Positions 23,012 through 29,347 of a DNA stretch of 64,000 bases are shown piece after piece. Source of the stretch: a virus; the IMG/VR virus record IMGVR_UViG_3300011268_001497, positions 1-64,000 of that record, one strand, 5' to 3'. Under the pieces are notes generated by a model. That model ran no database searches. It was not told the origin of the DNA and saw only the letters and a list, made by a program, of their open reading frames with translations. The position numbers and the translations under genes are program-made. Every line of letters begins with the position of its first letter. Within the stretch, counting starts at the first letter, position 1.

Positions 23012-23976
23012 CGTGCTAGCTCTAGAGCGGATTCGTGGGCTTTTTTGATAATCAGTGAGCCAGAGCCAAACAGAGCTGAATGCATACGGTGCTGGTTTGC
23101 ACCCTTGCTGCGCTGCGATGATTCCACCTCAGTTACAGCATTCAGGCCGTGGTAAACCGTACCGCGAACCCCGGCAATATCCATGCCGATGCCATAATGC
23201 CAGGCATGTTCCAGCTTTTTCCATTTCTGGGACAGATCTTCAATGCGACCAGGGCGGTCAACTTTAGCGGGGATAGTGTAGAGGGTTTCCAGCCAATGGC
23301 GATACATATCGAATGACATAGGGGCAGATTGCATTGCCCGATAATCATCGACCACGCTAACGAAGGATTGCCGGGCCATATCAATGGTTTGCAGAACACG
23401 GTCAATTTGCGCGATGTCGTTAGCGGTATGCTTAATGGTGAACTGTTTACCAGTACGGTTAGCGTCAGACTGAGCGAAGCCCAGTGTATTTGCGCACACT
23501 ACGCGAACATTTGTGAACATGCCGCCGAATGCTGTTTTGCCATCGTGGCCGAGGTATCCCACAATATTGCGGTGGATCTTGTCACCAGGCACAACCTCAT
23601 GATCGCTACCCCGCAGGCGGGCAGTGAAGGCCACCTTGGCGCCACCTTTCAAGACGATAACCGTATCCATATCAACCTCCTCGCGAATCGCCTCAGCGAA
23701 GCGCAACAGTTGATTGTTTTGGATAGGCTTGTAATGATCGGAGGCCCTGCCTAGGATCGTGCGGGTATCAGGCCGCCAGATGACCCGGTCATTCGGCATA
23801 TCAATATATTCGCCGTCAGCCGGGTTGGCTGCCATGCGGATAGCCTGGACAGGAAATAAAGCACCGGCGCGGGTAAAGGCTTCGCTTGCTGGCAGCGTGC
23901 CCTCTACAACTTCACCAAGACCATGCCATGCGGCCTGGCCATTCATCATGATGCCGGAAGTGAACTCGTGAGCCAT
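23008..23976 (-). CDS. DUF932-like phage/plasmid protein
   Basis: 322 aa; N-terminal GQAAWHGLG and central NVRVVCANTLGF resemble the DUF932 / TIGR03299 family as I recall it; not searched. Confidence 0.6.
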   Translation of the reverse strand: MAHEFTSGIMMNGQAAWHGLGEVVEGTLPASEAFTRAGALFPVQAIRMAANPADGEYIDMPNDRVIWRPDTRTILGRASDHYKPIQNNQLLRFAEAIREEVDMDTVIVLKGGAKVAFTARLRGSDHEVVPGDKIHRNIVGYLGHDGKTAFGGMFTNVRVVCANTLGFAQSDANRTGKQFTIKHTANDIAQIDRVLQTIDMARQSFVSVVDDYRAMQSAPMSFDMYRHWLETLYTIPAKVDRPGRIEDLSQKWKKLEHAWHYGIGMDIAGVRGTVYHGLNAVTEVESSQRSKGANQHRMHSALFGSGSLIIKKAHESALELAR

Positions 23977-24009
23977 GGGAGGATTTCCTCTCGGGACCCC
24001 TTTACTATA
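23977..24009 (-). promoter_or_regulatory. conserved -10/leader cassette (variant)
   Basis: Minus strand: TATAGT-aaaggGGTCCCGAGAGGAaatcCTCCC-ATG. Confidence 0.55.
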
Positions 24010-24069
24010 CAGCAGACTGAGCCAGAACGCAGTGGAATCACAAAACTTAACAAAGGACTGGCGCCGTGT

Positions 24070-24110
24070 GACCGTGATAAACGTCGCTTCGCGAGGCCTT
24101 TATCACGATC
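24070..24110. repeat. cassette palindrome E3
   Basis: GACCGTGATAAAcgtCGCTTCGCGaggccTTTATCACGATC; 9-bp arms; interior is the inverse of the E2 interior. Confidence 0.8.
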
Positions 24111-24120
24111 TCGATCCTTA

Positions 24121-24151
24121 AATATAAAATAGGGGACTGATTTAGCCCCCT
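24121..24151 (-). terminator. probable terminator (leftward) after 24160..24891
   Basis: Minus strand: AGGGGGCTAAATCAGTCCCCT followed by ATTTTATATT. Confidence 0.6.
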
Positions 24152-24159
24152 AAAGTAAT

Positions 24160-24891
24160 TCAAACTAGTTGGACATGTTTCTTGCCGGAACCGTGTGCTT
24201 CGACCCATATATCTTGCTTACCGCCATCGCATAATTTGCAAGTGATACATTGTGCCATTGATTGCTCAATTGTGGCCGGGCATTGCTTCCCGAAAGAATT
24301 ATTTTTAGCGCCGACAGGTAGCACGCTAAATGTATGCCAGCCATGAGCAGTTGCCTCCAGATAATCATTGAAACCATCGCAAGATGCCTGAAAATATTTT
24401 TTATAAAGTTGGGCGAATTGTTGCCGCCATTGGTGAGTGTACCCGGTATGCGCCTTGGCGAAGCGATTGAAGAACTCAAAAACAGAGAAGGGAATCAGCG
24501 CAGGGTCACCATAAGCTCCCCAGCGGATTGAACGCCCTTTAAGCATCTTCTGTACGGCTTCAATGTTATCAAGGGCCGGCGGATAGCAGCCGCGATGGTA
24601 TGCTTTCCAGATGCTATTTGGCGACTGGCCAACATTAACATAGCAGGATCTTTTTTTTGTTTCAGGATTTTTTCTGTGGATACAATCGCCGCAGATAGAA
24701 TAATCCGCACCGATCTCAATAGCCTCAACCGGATTAATGTCCCGCAGCATAATCCAGACCTGGCACATATTGCCCGTCTTGCGATTCGTGCTTTCTAAAG
24801 TAACAATAGCGACACACTCTTTACCATCAATCAGGGAGGGGAATTCGGCGAGGACGTAACCCTTGGGCGCTTGCTTTTTGTTGGATTGCAT
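24160..24891 (-). CDS. hypothetical Cys-rich protein (243 aa)
   Basis: ORF track; cysteine clusters ICGDCIH, CYVN, CITCKLCDG suggest metal binding; no family recognised. Confidence 0.55.
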   Translation of the reverse strand: MQSNKKQAPKGYVLAEFPSLIDGKECVAIVTLESTNRKTGNMCQVWIMLRDINPVEAIEIGADYSICGDCIHRKNPETKKRSCYVNVGQSPNSIWKAYHRGCYPPALDNIEAVQKMLKGRSIRWGAYGDPALIPFSVFEFFNRFAKAHTGYTHQWRQQFAQLYKKYFQASCDGFNDYLEATAHGWHTFSVLPVGAKNNSFGKQCPATIEQSMAQCITCKLCDGGKQDIWVEAHGSGKKHVQLV

Positions 24892-25090
24892 TTTGCTGTT
24901 TGTTGTTGAGATGATTTAGGACACGGTAAGCCACTTCAAAAAATAAATATCCCACAAAAACCAGGGGAATATATAAAGAAATGGCGGCGATGATGGGGAA
25001 GAAAATGAACGCGACTGATTGAACAATCGGAGCCGGTACGGTTAAGCCTTCCTCTGGAATGATGTAAACAGGTGGCGCCGGTGGTGGCAT
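24827..25090 (-). CDS. hypothetical small membrane protein (87 aa)
   Basis: ORF track; two hydrophobic helices (VAFIFFPIIAAISLYIPLVFVGYLFF); preceded by leader variant; 65-nt overlap with the next gene makes the 3' part uncertain. Confidence 0.4.
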   Translation of the reverse strand: MPPPAPPVYIIPEEGLTVPAPIVQSVAFIFFPIIAAISLYIPLVFVGYLFFEVAYRVLNHLNNKQQNAIQQKASAQGLRPRRIPLPD

Positions 25091-25124
25091 AAGGGGAGTG
25101 TTCCCGTGTTGCTCTGTCAGTGTA
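25091..25124 (-). promoter_or_regulatory. -10/leader cassette (variant)
   Basis: Minus strand: TACACT-gacagagcaacacGGGAacacTCCCctt-ATG. Confidence 0.45.
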
Positions 25125-25235
25125 GCCTAAACATCCGGCCAGCGCAAGACAACGCCTATTCATCGCCGGCATGGTATAAGGGTATAACGCTACTGTTTTG
25201 GAATGGTTAGAAATCGTTACAGAAGGAGGCTGCGT

Positions 25236-25276
25236 GAGCGTGATCAACGCTTCGCGGAGCGACGTTGGTCACGATC
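25236..25276. repeat. cassette palindrome E4 (in the divergent region between leftward and rightward units)
   Basis: GAGCGTGATCAACGCTTCGCGgagcgaCGTTGGTCACGATC; arms CGTGATCAACG / CGTTGGTCACG with one G-T. Confidence 0.8.
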
Positions 25277-25303
25277 AGGAAACTTAAAGCAGAAATATTT
25301 TTT

Positions 25304-25477
25304 ATGATGGATTTCGAAGACAAGATCAAGCTCGTCAGAGAAAAAGCACAGGCATATGTCGACATTAAAAAGGCGGAAGCCTTTGAGGCGCAGATTAAAG
25401 CGTATGAAATGCAGTTAGAAAGAATCAAGCAGAACCCGTCTTTGATGGAACCAAAGTCATCGTCTAAAATGAACTGA
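25304..25477 (+). CDS. hypothetical coiled-coil protein (57 aa)
   Basis: ORF 25265..25477 (TTG inside E4); ATG at 25304 preferred. Confidence 0.45.
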   Translation: MMDFEDKIKLVREKAQAYVDIKKAEAFEAQIKAYEMQLERIKQNPSLMEPKSSSKMN

Positions 25478-25524
25478 TATAGCGATTGGTATCGGTTTGA
25501 GAAAAGATGTCCGCCTGTCGGCGT

Positions 25525-25562
25525 GACCGTGAATGGCGGTCGCACGACCATCGTTCACGATC
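25525..25562. repeat. cassette element E5
   Basis: GACCGTGAATGGCGGTCGCACGACCATCGTTCACGATC followed by AATTTTTATTA. Confidence 0.8.
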
Positions 25563-25602
25563 AATTTTTATTACGGCCCTCGCTTTCGGGTGGGGGCTTT
25601 GC

Positions 25603-25633
25603 TATGATTAAGAGGTCCCAAGGGAGTAGTCCC
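25603..25633 (+). promoter_or_regulatory. conserved -10/leader cassette
   Basis: TATGAT-taagagGTCCCAAGGGAgtagTCCC-GTG; preceded by GC hairpin GGCCCTCG..CGGGTGGGGGC. Confidence 0.6.
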
Positions 25634-25831
25634 GTGACTTCCAATCAGCTGAACGCCCAATGCGCCGAGATCCTTGATGCAATGGAGGTTCTGGTTGCTC
25701 GTTTCGACAGTCTGCGCAATCTGGCTAGTGATGACGCGTGGGATGCGGCATGCACTGAGAAGCCCTATCTCGACCTGCTTTCAGATATAGAGTACGAGGT
25801 TGAACAGGCTCTGGAGGCGATTCGCGTTTGA
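25634..25831 (+). CDS. hypothetical acidic protein (65 aa)
   Basis: ORF 25523..25831; upstream part of the track ORF runs through E5 and the leader, so GTG at 25634 right after the leader is preferred. Confidence 0.45.
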   Translation: MTSNQLNAQCAEILDAMEVLVARFDSLRNLASDDAWDAACTEKPYLDLLSDIEYEVEQALEAIRV

Positions 25832-25864
25832 TCGTGACTGGCGGTACGACCATCGTTCACGCTC
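25830..25864. repeat. cassette element E6
   Basis: GATCGTGACTGGCGGTACGACCATCGTTCACGCTC; the TGA stop of the preceding ORF (25829-25831) is part of TGATCGTGA. Confidence 0.8.
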
Positions 25865-25908
25865 AGATAATTTTTGTTTCAGGCCTTGCTAAAGGGCTCG
25901 GCCTTCTG

Positions 25909-25939
25909 TATTCTTGAAAAGTACCAAGGGAATCATCCC
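25909..25939 (+). promoter_or_regulatory. conserved -10/leader cassette
   Basis: TATTCT-tgaaaagTACCAAGGGAatcaTCCC-ATG; preceded by hairpin AGGCC..GGCCT. Confidence 0.55.
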
Positions 25940-26125
25940 ATGAACTCTGCACTTCTGGATCGCGGCCTCCTGCCTTTCGACAAGCTCAACATTGCCTTCT
26001 GCGCCCGCCAGCGAGCCGTGCTCAATACGCGGACTAGCGAGGAGTTCGAGGGCGAATACAACACGGCTCACCTGTGGATGCGCCATACGCTGCAAACCAT
26101 GGGAGGCAGGAACTGGAGCTACTGA
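25940..26125 (+). CDS. hypothetical protein (61 aa), paralogue of 27316..27528
   Basis: ORF 25874..26125, ATG at 25940 after leader; FDKLNIAFCARQRAV matches FDWLNLAHCATQRAM in the minus-strand ORF 27316..27528 (10/15 identical). Confidence 0.5.
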   Translation: MNSALLDRGLLPFDKLNIAFCARQRAVLNTRTSEEFEGEYNTAHLWMRHTLQTMGGRNWSY

Positions 26126-26137
26126 AACTGCGAGCTT

Positions 26138-26173
26138 GATCGTGACTGGCGCCTGCGACCATCGTTCACGCTC
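26138..26173. repeat. cassette element E7
   Basis: GATCGTGACTGGCGCCTGCGACCATCGTTCACGCTC; nearly identical to E6 except the centre. Confidence 0.8.
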
Positions 26174-26198
26174 ACTAAATACCAACGAGGGAAACCCC

Positions 26199-26432
26199 AT
26201 GACCGTCACTGCTAAGTCCACCAAGGCTGAGATCCTGGCCGCCTACGAGGCACTGAAAGCTCAGCAAGAATCCCAGACCATCACTTGGCCCCTTGTCGTC
26301 AGCACAGCCCGCACCGTAGCCCGCGAGACTCACCTGCTGGTTGTCGACGTTCAGAAGGGCGTAACCCTTGCAGCGCAATGGATCTCGGGAATAGTTGCCG
26401 AGCTGACCAAACCAGTGCTACACTCGGCTTGA
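26199..26432 (+). CDS. hypothetical protein (77 aa)
   Basis: ORF 25992..26432, ATG at 26199 preceded by caacgaGGGAaaCCCC (short leader variant) 25 nt after E7. Confidence 0.45.
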   Translation: MTVTAKSTKAEILAAYEALKAQQESQTITWPLVVSTARTVARETHLLVVDVQKGVTLAAQWISGIVAELTKPVLHSA

Positions 26433-26466
26433 TCGTGATTGACGCCTGCGGCCATTGTTCACGCTC
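26431..26466. repeat. cassette element E8
   Basis: GATCGTGATTGACGCCTGCGGCCATTGTTCACGCTC; preceding stop TGA (26430-26432) embedded in TGATCGTGA. Confidence 0.8.
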
Positions 26467-26509
26467 AGAAAACTTTTATTACGGCCTCGCTCAAGCGGGG
26501 CCTTTGCTG

Positions 26510-26540
26510 TATGATGGAGGAGTCCCAGGGAATAATCCCG
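26510..26540 (+). promoter_or_regulatory. conserved -10/leader cassette
   Basis: TATGAT-ggaggaGTCCCAGGGAataaTCCCg-ATG; preceded by 8-bp hairpin GGCCTCGC-TCAA-GCGGGGCC. Confidence 0.6.
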
Positions 26541-26819
26541 ATGTCACGCACCACCGACTTCATCATCGATCTTGAGGATGCCCAGCTTGCGGCTGACCTT
26601 GCCTCGTATCAAACTGCAGGCCAGCTCTGCGTTCTCAGCAATCTCGTCTGGCGTGCCGGTCGACAAGAGGGTCCGTCTCTCGATGTGCCGTTGGCTGGAA
26701 TCGAACAGCACTGGATCGATGCCATGCGCGACCAGCTCCGGGAAGCACTGGTTTGCCTGGATGAACTGCAGGCTGCGAACGAGGCTCTGGAGTGTGAGAG
26801 AGGTCTCGCTACCGTCTGA
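26541..26819 (+). CDS. hypothetical protein (92 aa)
   Basis: ORF 26439..26819, ATG at 26541 after leader; N-terminus MSRTTDFII resembles MSATTDHIL of 26980..27246. Confidence 0.5.
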   Translation: MSRTTDFIIDLEDAQLAADLASYQTAGQLCVLSNLVWRAGRQEGPSLDVPLAGIEQHWIDAMRDQLREALVCLDELQAANEALECERGLATV

Positions 26820-26849
26820 TCGTGACGCCTGCGGCCATTGTTCACGCTC
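26818..26849. repeat. cassette element E9 (5-nt shorter copy of E8)
   Basis: GATCGTGACGCCTGCGGCCATTGTTCACGCTC; preceding stop TGA (26817-26819) embedded. Confidence 0.8.
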
Positions 26850-26932
26850 ATTAGCATAACTTATCAATCAGGGCCGACCGATCAGGATCGCTTATCATTA
26901 CAAAAGTTCACAAAAACTTTTTCACTAAAAAG

Positions 26933-26956
26933 CCCCCAGTACAGATGTACTAGGGG
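26933..26956. terminator. probable bidirectional terminator between convergent units
   Basis: CCCCCAGTAC-AGAT-GTACTAGGGG flanked by AAAAAG upstream and TGAATTGTTT downstream. Confidence 0.6.
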
Positions 26957-26979
26957 TGAATTGTTTATACTTAGCAGGC

Positions 26980-27246
26980 TTAGCGTTGTTGTTGATTAAG
27001 GTGTCGGTTGAGTGTAAACAATTGGGCGTGCCAATCAGTGATGGCGTCGACGCAAGATCCTACCGAATCGATGTCAAGATCTGTGCAGGGCATCAGATTA
27101 TTTATCAGCATTGTTGAAACGTCAAGCAATGCCATTCGGTAGAAGAACCTCTCTGAATCATTGAGCGAAGCGTACATGGGATTTGCTTCGATTAGCTGTT
27201 CGATCAGTTCAGCCTGAGAGAGGATGTGGTCGGTGGTTGCGCTCAT
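26980..27246 (-). CDS. hypothetical protein (88 aa)
   Basis: ORF 26980..27312, ATG at 27246 directly after leader. Confidence 0.5.
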   Translation of the reverse strand: MSATTDHILSQAELIEQLIEANPMYASLNDSERFFYRMALLDVSTMLINNLMPCTDLDIDSVGSCVDAITDWHAQLFTLNRHLNQQQR

Positions 27247-27277
27247 GGGATTGTTCCCTTGGGACTCCTTTATTATA
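27247..27277 (-). promoter_or_regulatory. conserved -10/leader cassette
   Basis: Minus strand: TATAAT-aaaggaGTCCCAAGGGAacaaTCCC-ATG; preceded by hairpin AGGGG..CCCCT (27284-27305). Confidence 0.65.
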
Positions 27278-27315
27278 GAGGGTAGGGGCCACTGGTGCGA
27301 CCCCTGTAACAAGTC

Positions 27316-27528
27316 TTAGTACTTTGCTGCCTTCTTCGCCAGCGCTCGGGCTGCGTGATATTCGCTGTAGAATCCGTCATGAGACAGGCCGGCCTGAGCC
27401 ATGGCCCGTTGGGTTGCGCAGTGTGCGAGGTTGAGCCAATCGAACAGGCTCAGTTCTTCGTCTGTCTTATCACCGCACCGCCAGACGGCGAGGTTGAGAT
27501 CAGCGAGGTGGGAATCAGTGAGGGCCAT
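27316..27528 (-). CDS. hypothetical protein (70 aa), paralogue of 25940..26125
   Basis: ORF 27316..27639 (GTG), ATG at 27528 after leader; shares FD.LN.A.CA.QRA and EY..A motifs with 25940..26125. Confidence 0.5.
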   Translation of the reverse strand: MALTDSHLADLNLAVWRCGDKTDEELSLFDWLNLAHCATQRAMAQAGLSHDGFYSEYHAARALAKKAAKY

Positions 27529-27581
27529 GGGGATCTCCCCTTGGGACCCCTCTAGTATAGCGCAATGGATGGGCGTGTCAA
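27529..27581 (-). promoter_or_regulatory. near-consensus sigma-70-type promoter plus conserved leader
   Basis: Minus strand: TTGACA-N16-TATACT-agagGGGTCCCAAGGGGagatCCCC-ATG. Confidence 0.7.
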
Positions 27582-27627
27582 CAATGTTACGAGATGTGAC
27601 GTGGTGGCGTGGTGGTGGTGGATGGTG

Positions 27628-27659
27628 TAGGATGGGCACATCACCAAGGGAGCATTCCC
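27628..27659 (+). promoter_or_regulatory. -10-like hexamer plus conserved leader (rightward)
   Basis: TAGGAT-gggcacatCACCAAGGGAgcatTCCC-ATG; back-to-back with the leftward promoter at 27554-27581. Confidence 0.5.
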
Positions 27660-27893
27660 ATGAGACCCTTCCTCCTTGCCGCCGCCTTCTCCTGTGGATC
27701 TGCCATGGCAGGGGTGTTCTACCTCAGCAGCATGGCAACCCCCATCATCAGCGAAGCTCGGGCAGAGAAGCTCGGTGCATACTGCGAGGCAGGTGTGCCC
27801 GAAGCATGCGAGATCCTAGCGGCCGAGTCGAATGGACAGTGTGCCGGACCCTCGGGCAGTGGCTGCCTCTATAACAGTAGCGTTATGAGGTGA
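27660..27893 (+). CDS. hypothetical secreted Cys-rich small protein (77 aa)
   Basis: ORF 27609..27893, ATG at 27660 after leader; signal-like MRPFLLAAAFSCGSAMA; 6 further cysteines. Confidence 0.5.
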   Translation: MRPFLLAAAFSCGSAMAGVFYLSSMATPIISEARAEKLGAYCEAGVPEACEILAAESNGQCAGPSGSGCLYNSSVMR

Positions 27894-27904
27894 TGTGCAG
27901 CACG

Positions 27905-27924
27905 GGTGGTACAGGCGTACCACC
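27905..27924 (+). other. perfect 8-bp hairpin GGTGGTAC-AGGC-GTACCACC after 27660..27893
   Basis: Read directly; T-run (TTTTTT) lies about 20 nt downstream, so terminator function is uncertain. Confidence 0.4.
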
Positions 27925-28000
27925 CCCCACCCCCGAAAATTCCTTTTTTAGTGCCAAAGCAACCCCCTCAGGTTTTCTGAGAAAATTTCCGAAACCGAAA

Positions 28001-28159
28001 ATGCCACTTTCAAAATTGACCACCAAGTTTTTGATTATTATTTTTATGATGACGTTATTTAGTGGAGTAGCGGAGGCTAAGCGAGAGAAGAGTGAGCAGA
28101 AGTGGAGGAGTTGTTGGGTGACGAGGGGCAATGTAAGGACGAGGGTTATTTGTCAATAA
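28001..28159 (+). CDS. possible small secreted basic peptide (52 aa)
   Basis: ORF 27890..28159, ATG at 28001; MPLSKLTTKFLIIIFMMTLFSGVAEA then KREKSEQKWRSCWVTRGNVRTRVICQ; a stop-free + frame is unusual in C-poor sequence where all three stops are frequent. Confidence 0.3.
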   Translation: MPLSKLTTKFLIIIFMMTLFSGVAEAKREKSEQKWRSCWVTRGNVRTRVICQ

Positions 28160-28316
28160 GGGAGGAGAGGTGATTTAGTTTAAGGAGGATATAGGAGAGG
28201 AGAGGGGTACCGATGAGGGAGGAGTAGAGAGCGATACGGATTTCATGTTGGCGGATTTTATCGTCCATTTGGCGTAGGAGCCAGGGAGTTATGGTGGGGT
28301 CAGAGGAGGTTTCGAT

Positions 28317-28341
28317 GGGGTCTGGGCGACGGGATTGGGGG
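28317..28341 (+). other. canonical G-quadruplex motif on the + strand
   Basis: GGGG-TCT-GGG-CGAC-GGG-ATT-GGGGG. Confidence 0.65.
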
Positions 28342-28654
28342 TTAGAGGTCATGATCAGGCGATAGAGCGAAGGTAGTCGCGTTGTTTTGGGGTAAGGAGA
28401 GGGAGGAGGCGGAGGAGGAGTTTTTTAGAGGGATCTAGGTCTAGGGTTGAGTACATAGTGGATAGGATTTGTTTAATTGCGATAGTGTAAGAGGATTGGA
28501 TAGCGAGGTAGAGGGCGAGGGTGAGGGTTAATTGTTGATGCATTGGATAGGAGTAGAGTTATATGATTAATTCTAGGGCAATATTAGGAAAACTAGTGGT
28601 TATTTACGAATAAAAGTATGAATATTGGAAGTATAAGGGGAGTAAGTAGGCATT

Positions 28655-29056
28655 ATGGCGACATTAGACACTAGTTATGGGTGGGTTGCCGGTGATGTGG
28701 AGCGTATTTTGCTTGCTCTTGACTTAGGGATTGGTGGTTATACGATTAGTGAGATGACGGTGTGTTGTAATAAGTTAGGGGAGACGAGTTCAACGCTTGT
28801 TGGGAGGGTGAGAGAGCTTTTAGGGGAGTATGACGATGCGATTGAGGTGCAAAAGGGGTTAGGAGTGAGTGAGGATGCGGGGAGGACGTTAATCAAGGCT
28901 GATGTATTGGAGTGGGAGGTAGATAAGGGGGGTCGATTTGAGGCAATTATGAGGGAAAAGGGAAGGATTAATGATGAATTGCTTAAGATATTTGCATTTT
29001 GTCCGCTAGCATTTGGCGGTTCCAGTAGAAATAGCACGTCACTTATCAGGTCTTAG
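28655..29056 (+). CDS. hypothetical protein (133 aa) encoded in C-depleted DNA
   Basis: ORF track; a 133-codon stop-free frame on the C-poor strand is very unlikely by chance; protein is Gly/Glu/Leu/Val-rich as expected from C-poor codons. Confidence 0.6.
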   Translation: MATLDTSYGWVAGDVERILLALDLGIGGYTISEMTVCCNKLGETSSTLVGRVRELLGEYDDAIEVQKGLGVSEDAGRTLIKADVLEWEVDKGGRFEAIMREKGRINDELLKIFAFCPLAFGGSSRNSTSLIRS

Positions 29057-29058
29057 TC

Positions 29059-29238
29059 ATGATTCACCCCGAGAATGGAGAGGGGTTAAATGAGATTATT
29101 GATTTTGTAGAGAGGCAGGAGATGATTGATGTATGGTGTAAGGGATGTAGTATGTTTCGTAAGGCAAATAGTGCTTATGCGAAGTATTTAAATGGAGAGA
29201 TTAATGGATGTAGGTTTTGCAGAGAGGATAATGCGTAA
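29059..29238 (+). CDS. possible small zinc-ribbon-like protein (59 aa), below ORF-track cutoff
   Basis: Hand translation MIHPENGEGLNEIIDFVERQEMIDVWCKGCSMFRKANSAYAKYLNGEINGCRFCREDNA*; CxxC...CxxC. Confidence 0.4.
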   Translation: MIHPENGEGLNEIIDFVERQEMIDVWCKGCSMFRKANSAYAKYLNGEINGCRFCREDNA

Positions 29239-29239
29239 A

Positions 29240-29347
29240 ATGCTGACAGAGGAGGATTTAGAGGGATTAATGGAGAGGGCTAAGAGTCTTAAGATGATGG
29301 AGTTATTTGAGGAGCCGAGCAGTTATGAGGATGAGGAGGAGGAGTAA
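29240..29347 (+). CDS. possible very small acidic protein (35 aa)
   Basis: Hand translation MLTEEDLEGLMERAKSLKMMELFEEPSSYEDEEEE*; starts 1 nt after previous stop. Confidence 0.3.
   Translation: MLTEEDLEGLMERAKSLKMMELFEEPSSYEDEEEE

Noticed and set aside
21532-26849. Could the nine repeats be a CRISPR array or integron attC sites?
   Set aside because: It is not a CRISPR array. Spacing is about 290-1460 bp rather than about 30-40 bp, the intervening DNA encodes ORFs with promoters, the repeats occur in both orientations, and there are no cas genes. The integron idea is attractive because a palindrome sits at the 3' end of each ORF. However, I see no GTTRRRY/RYYYAAC core sites, each cassette has its own promoter, and no integrase is present in the window. 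It is kept only as an analogy.
28146-28543. Minus-strand ORFs 28146..28352 and 28355..28543 (also 27883..28131) in the C-depleted segment
   Set aside because: On the minus strand this DNA is G-poor, so TAG and TGA are rare and 60-80 codon open frames arise easily by chance. The proteins lack Gly/Val/Glu/Trp/Cys as the composition forces, and no ribosome-binding purines precede them. The tight 2-nt spacing between the two ORFs keeps a small doubt, so they are mentioned but not called.
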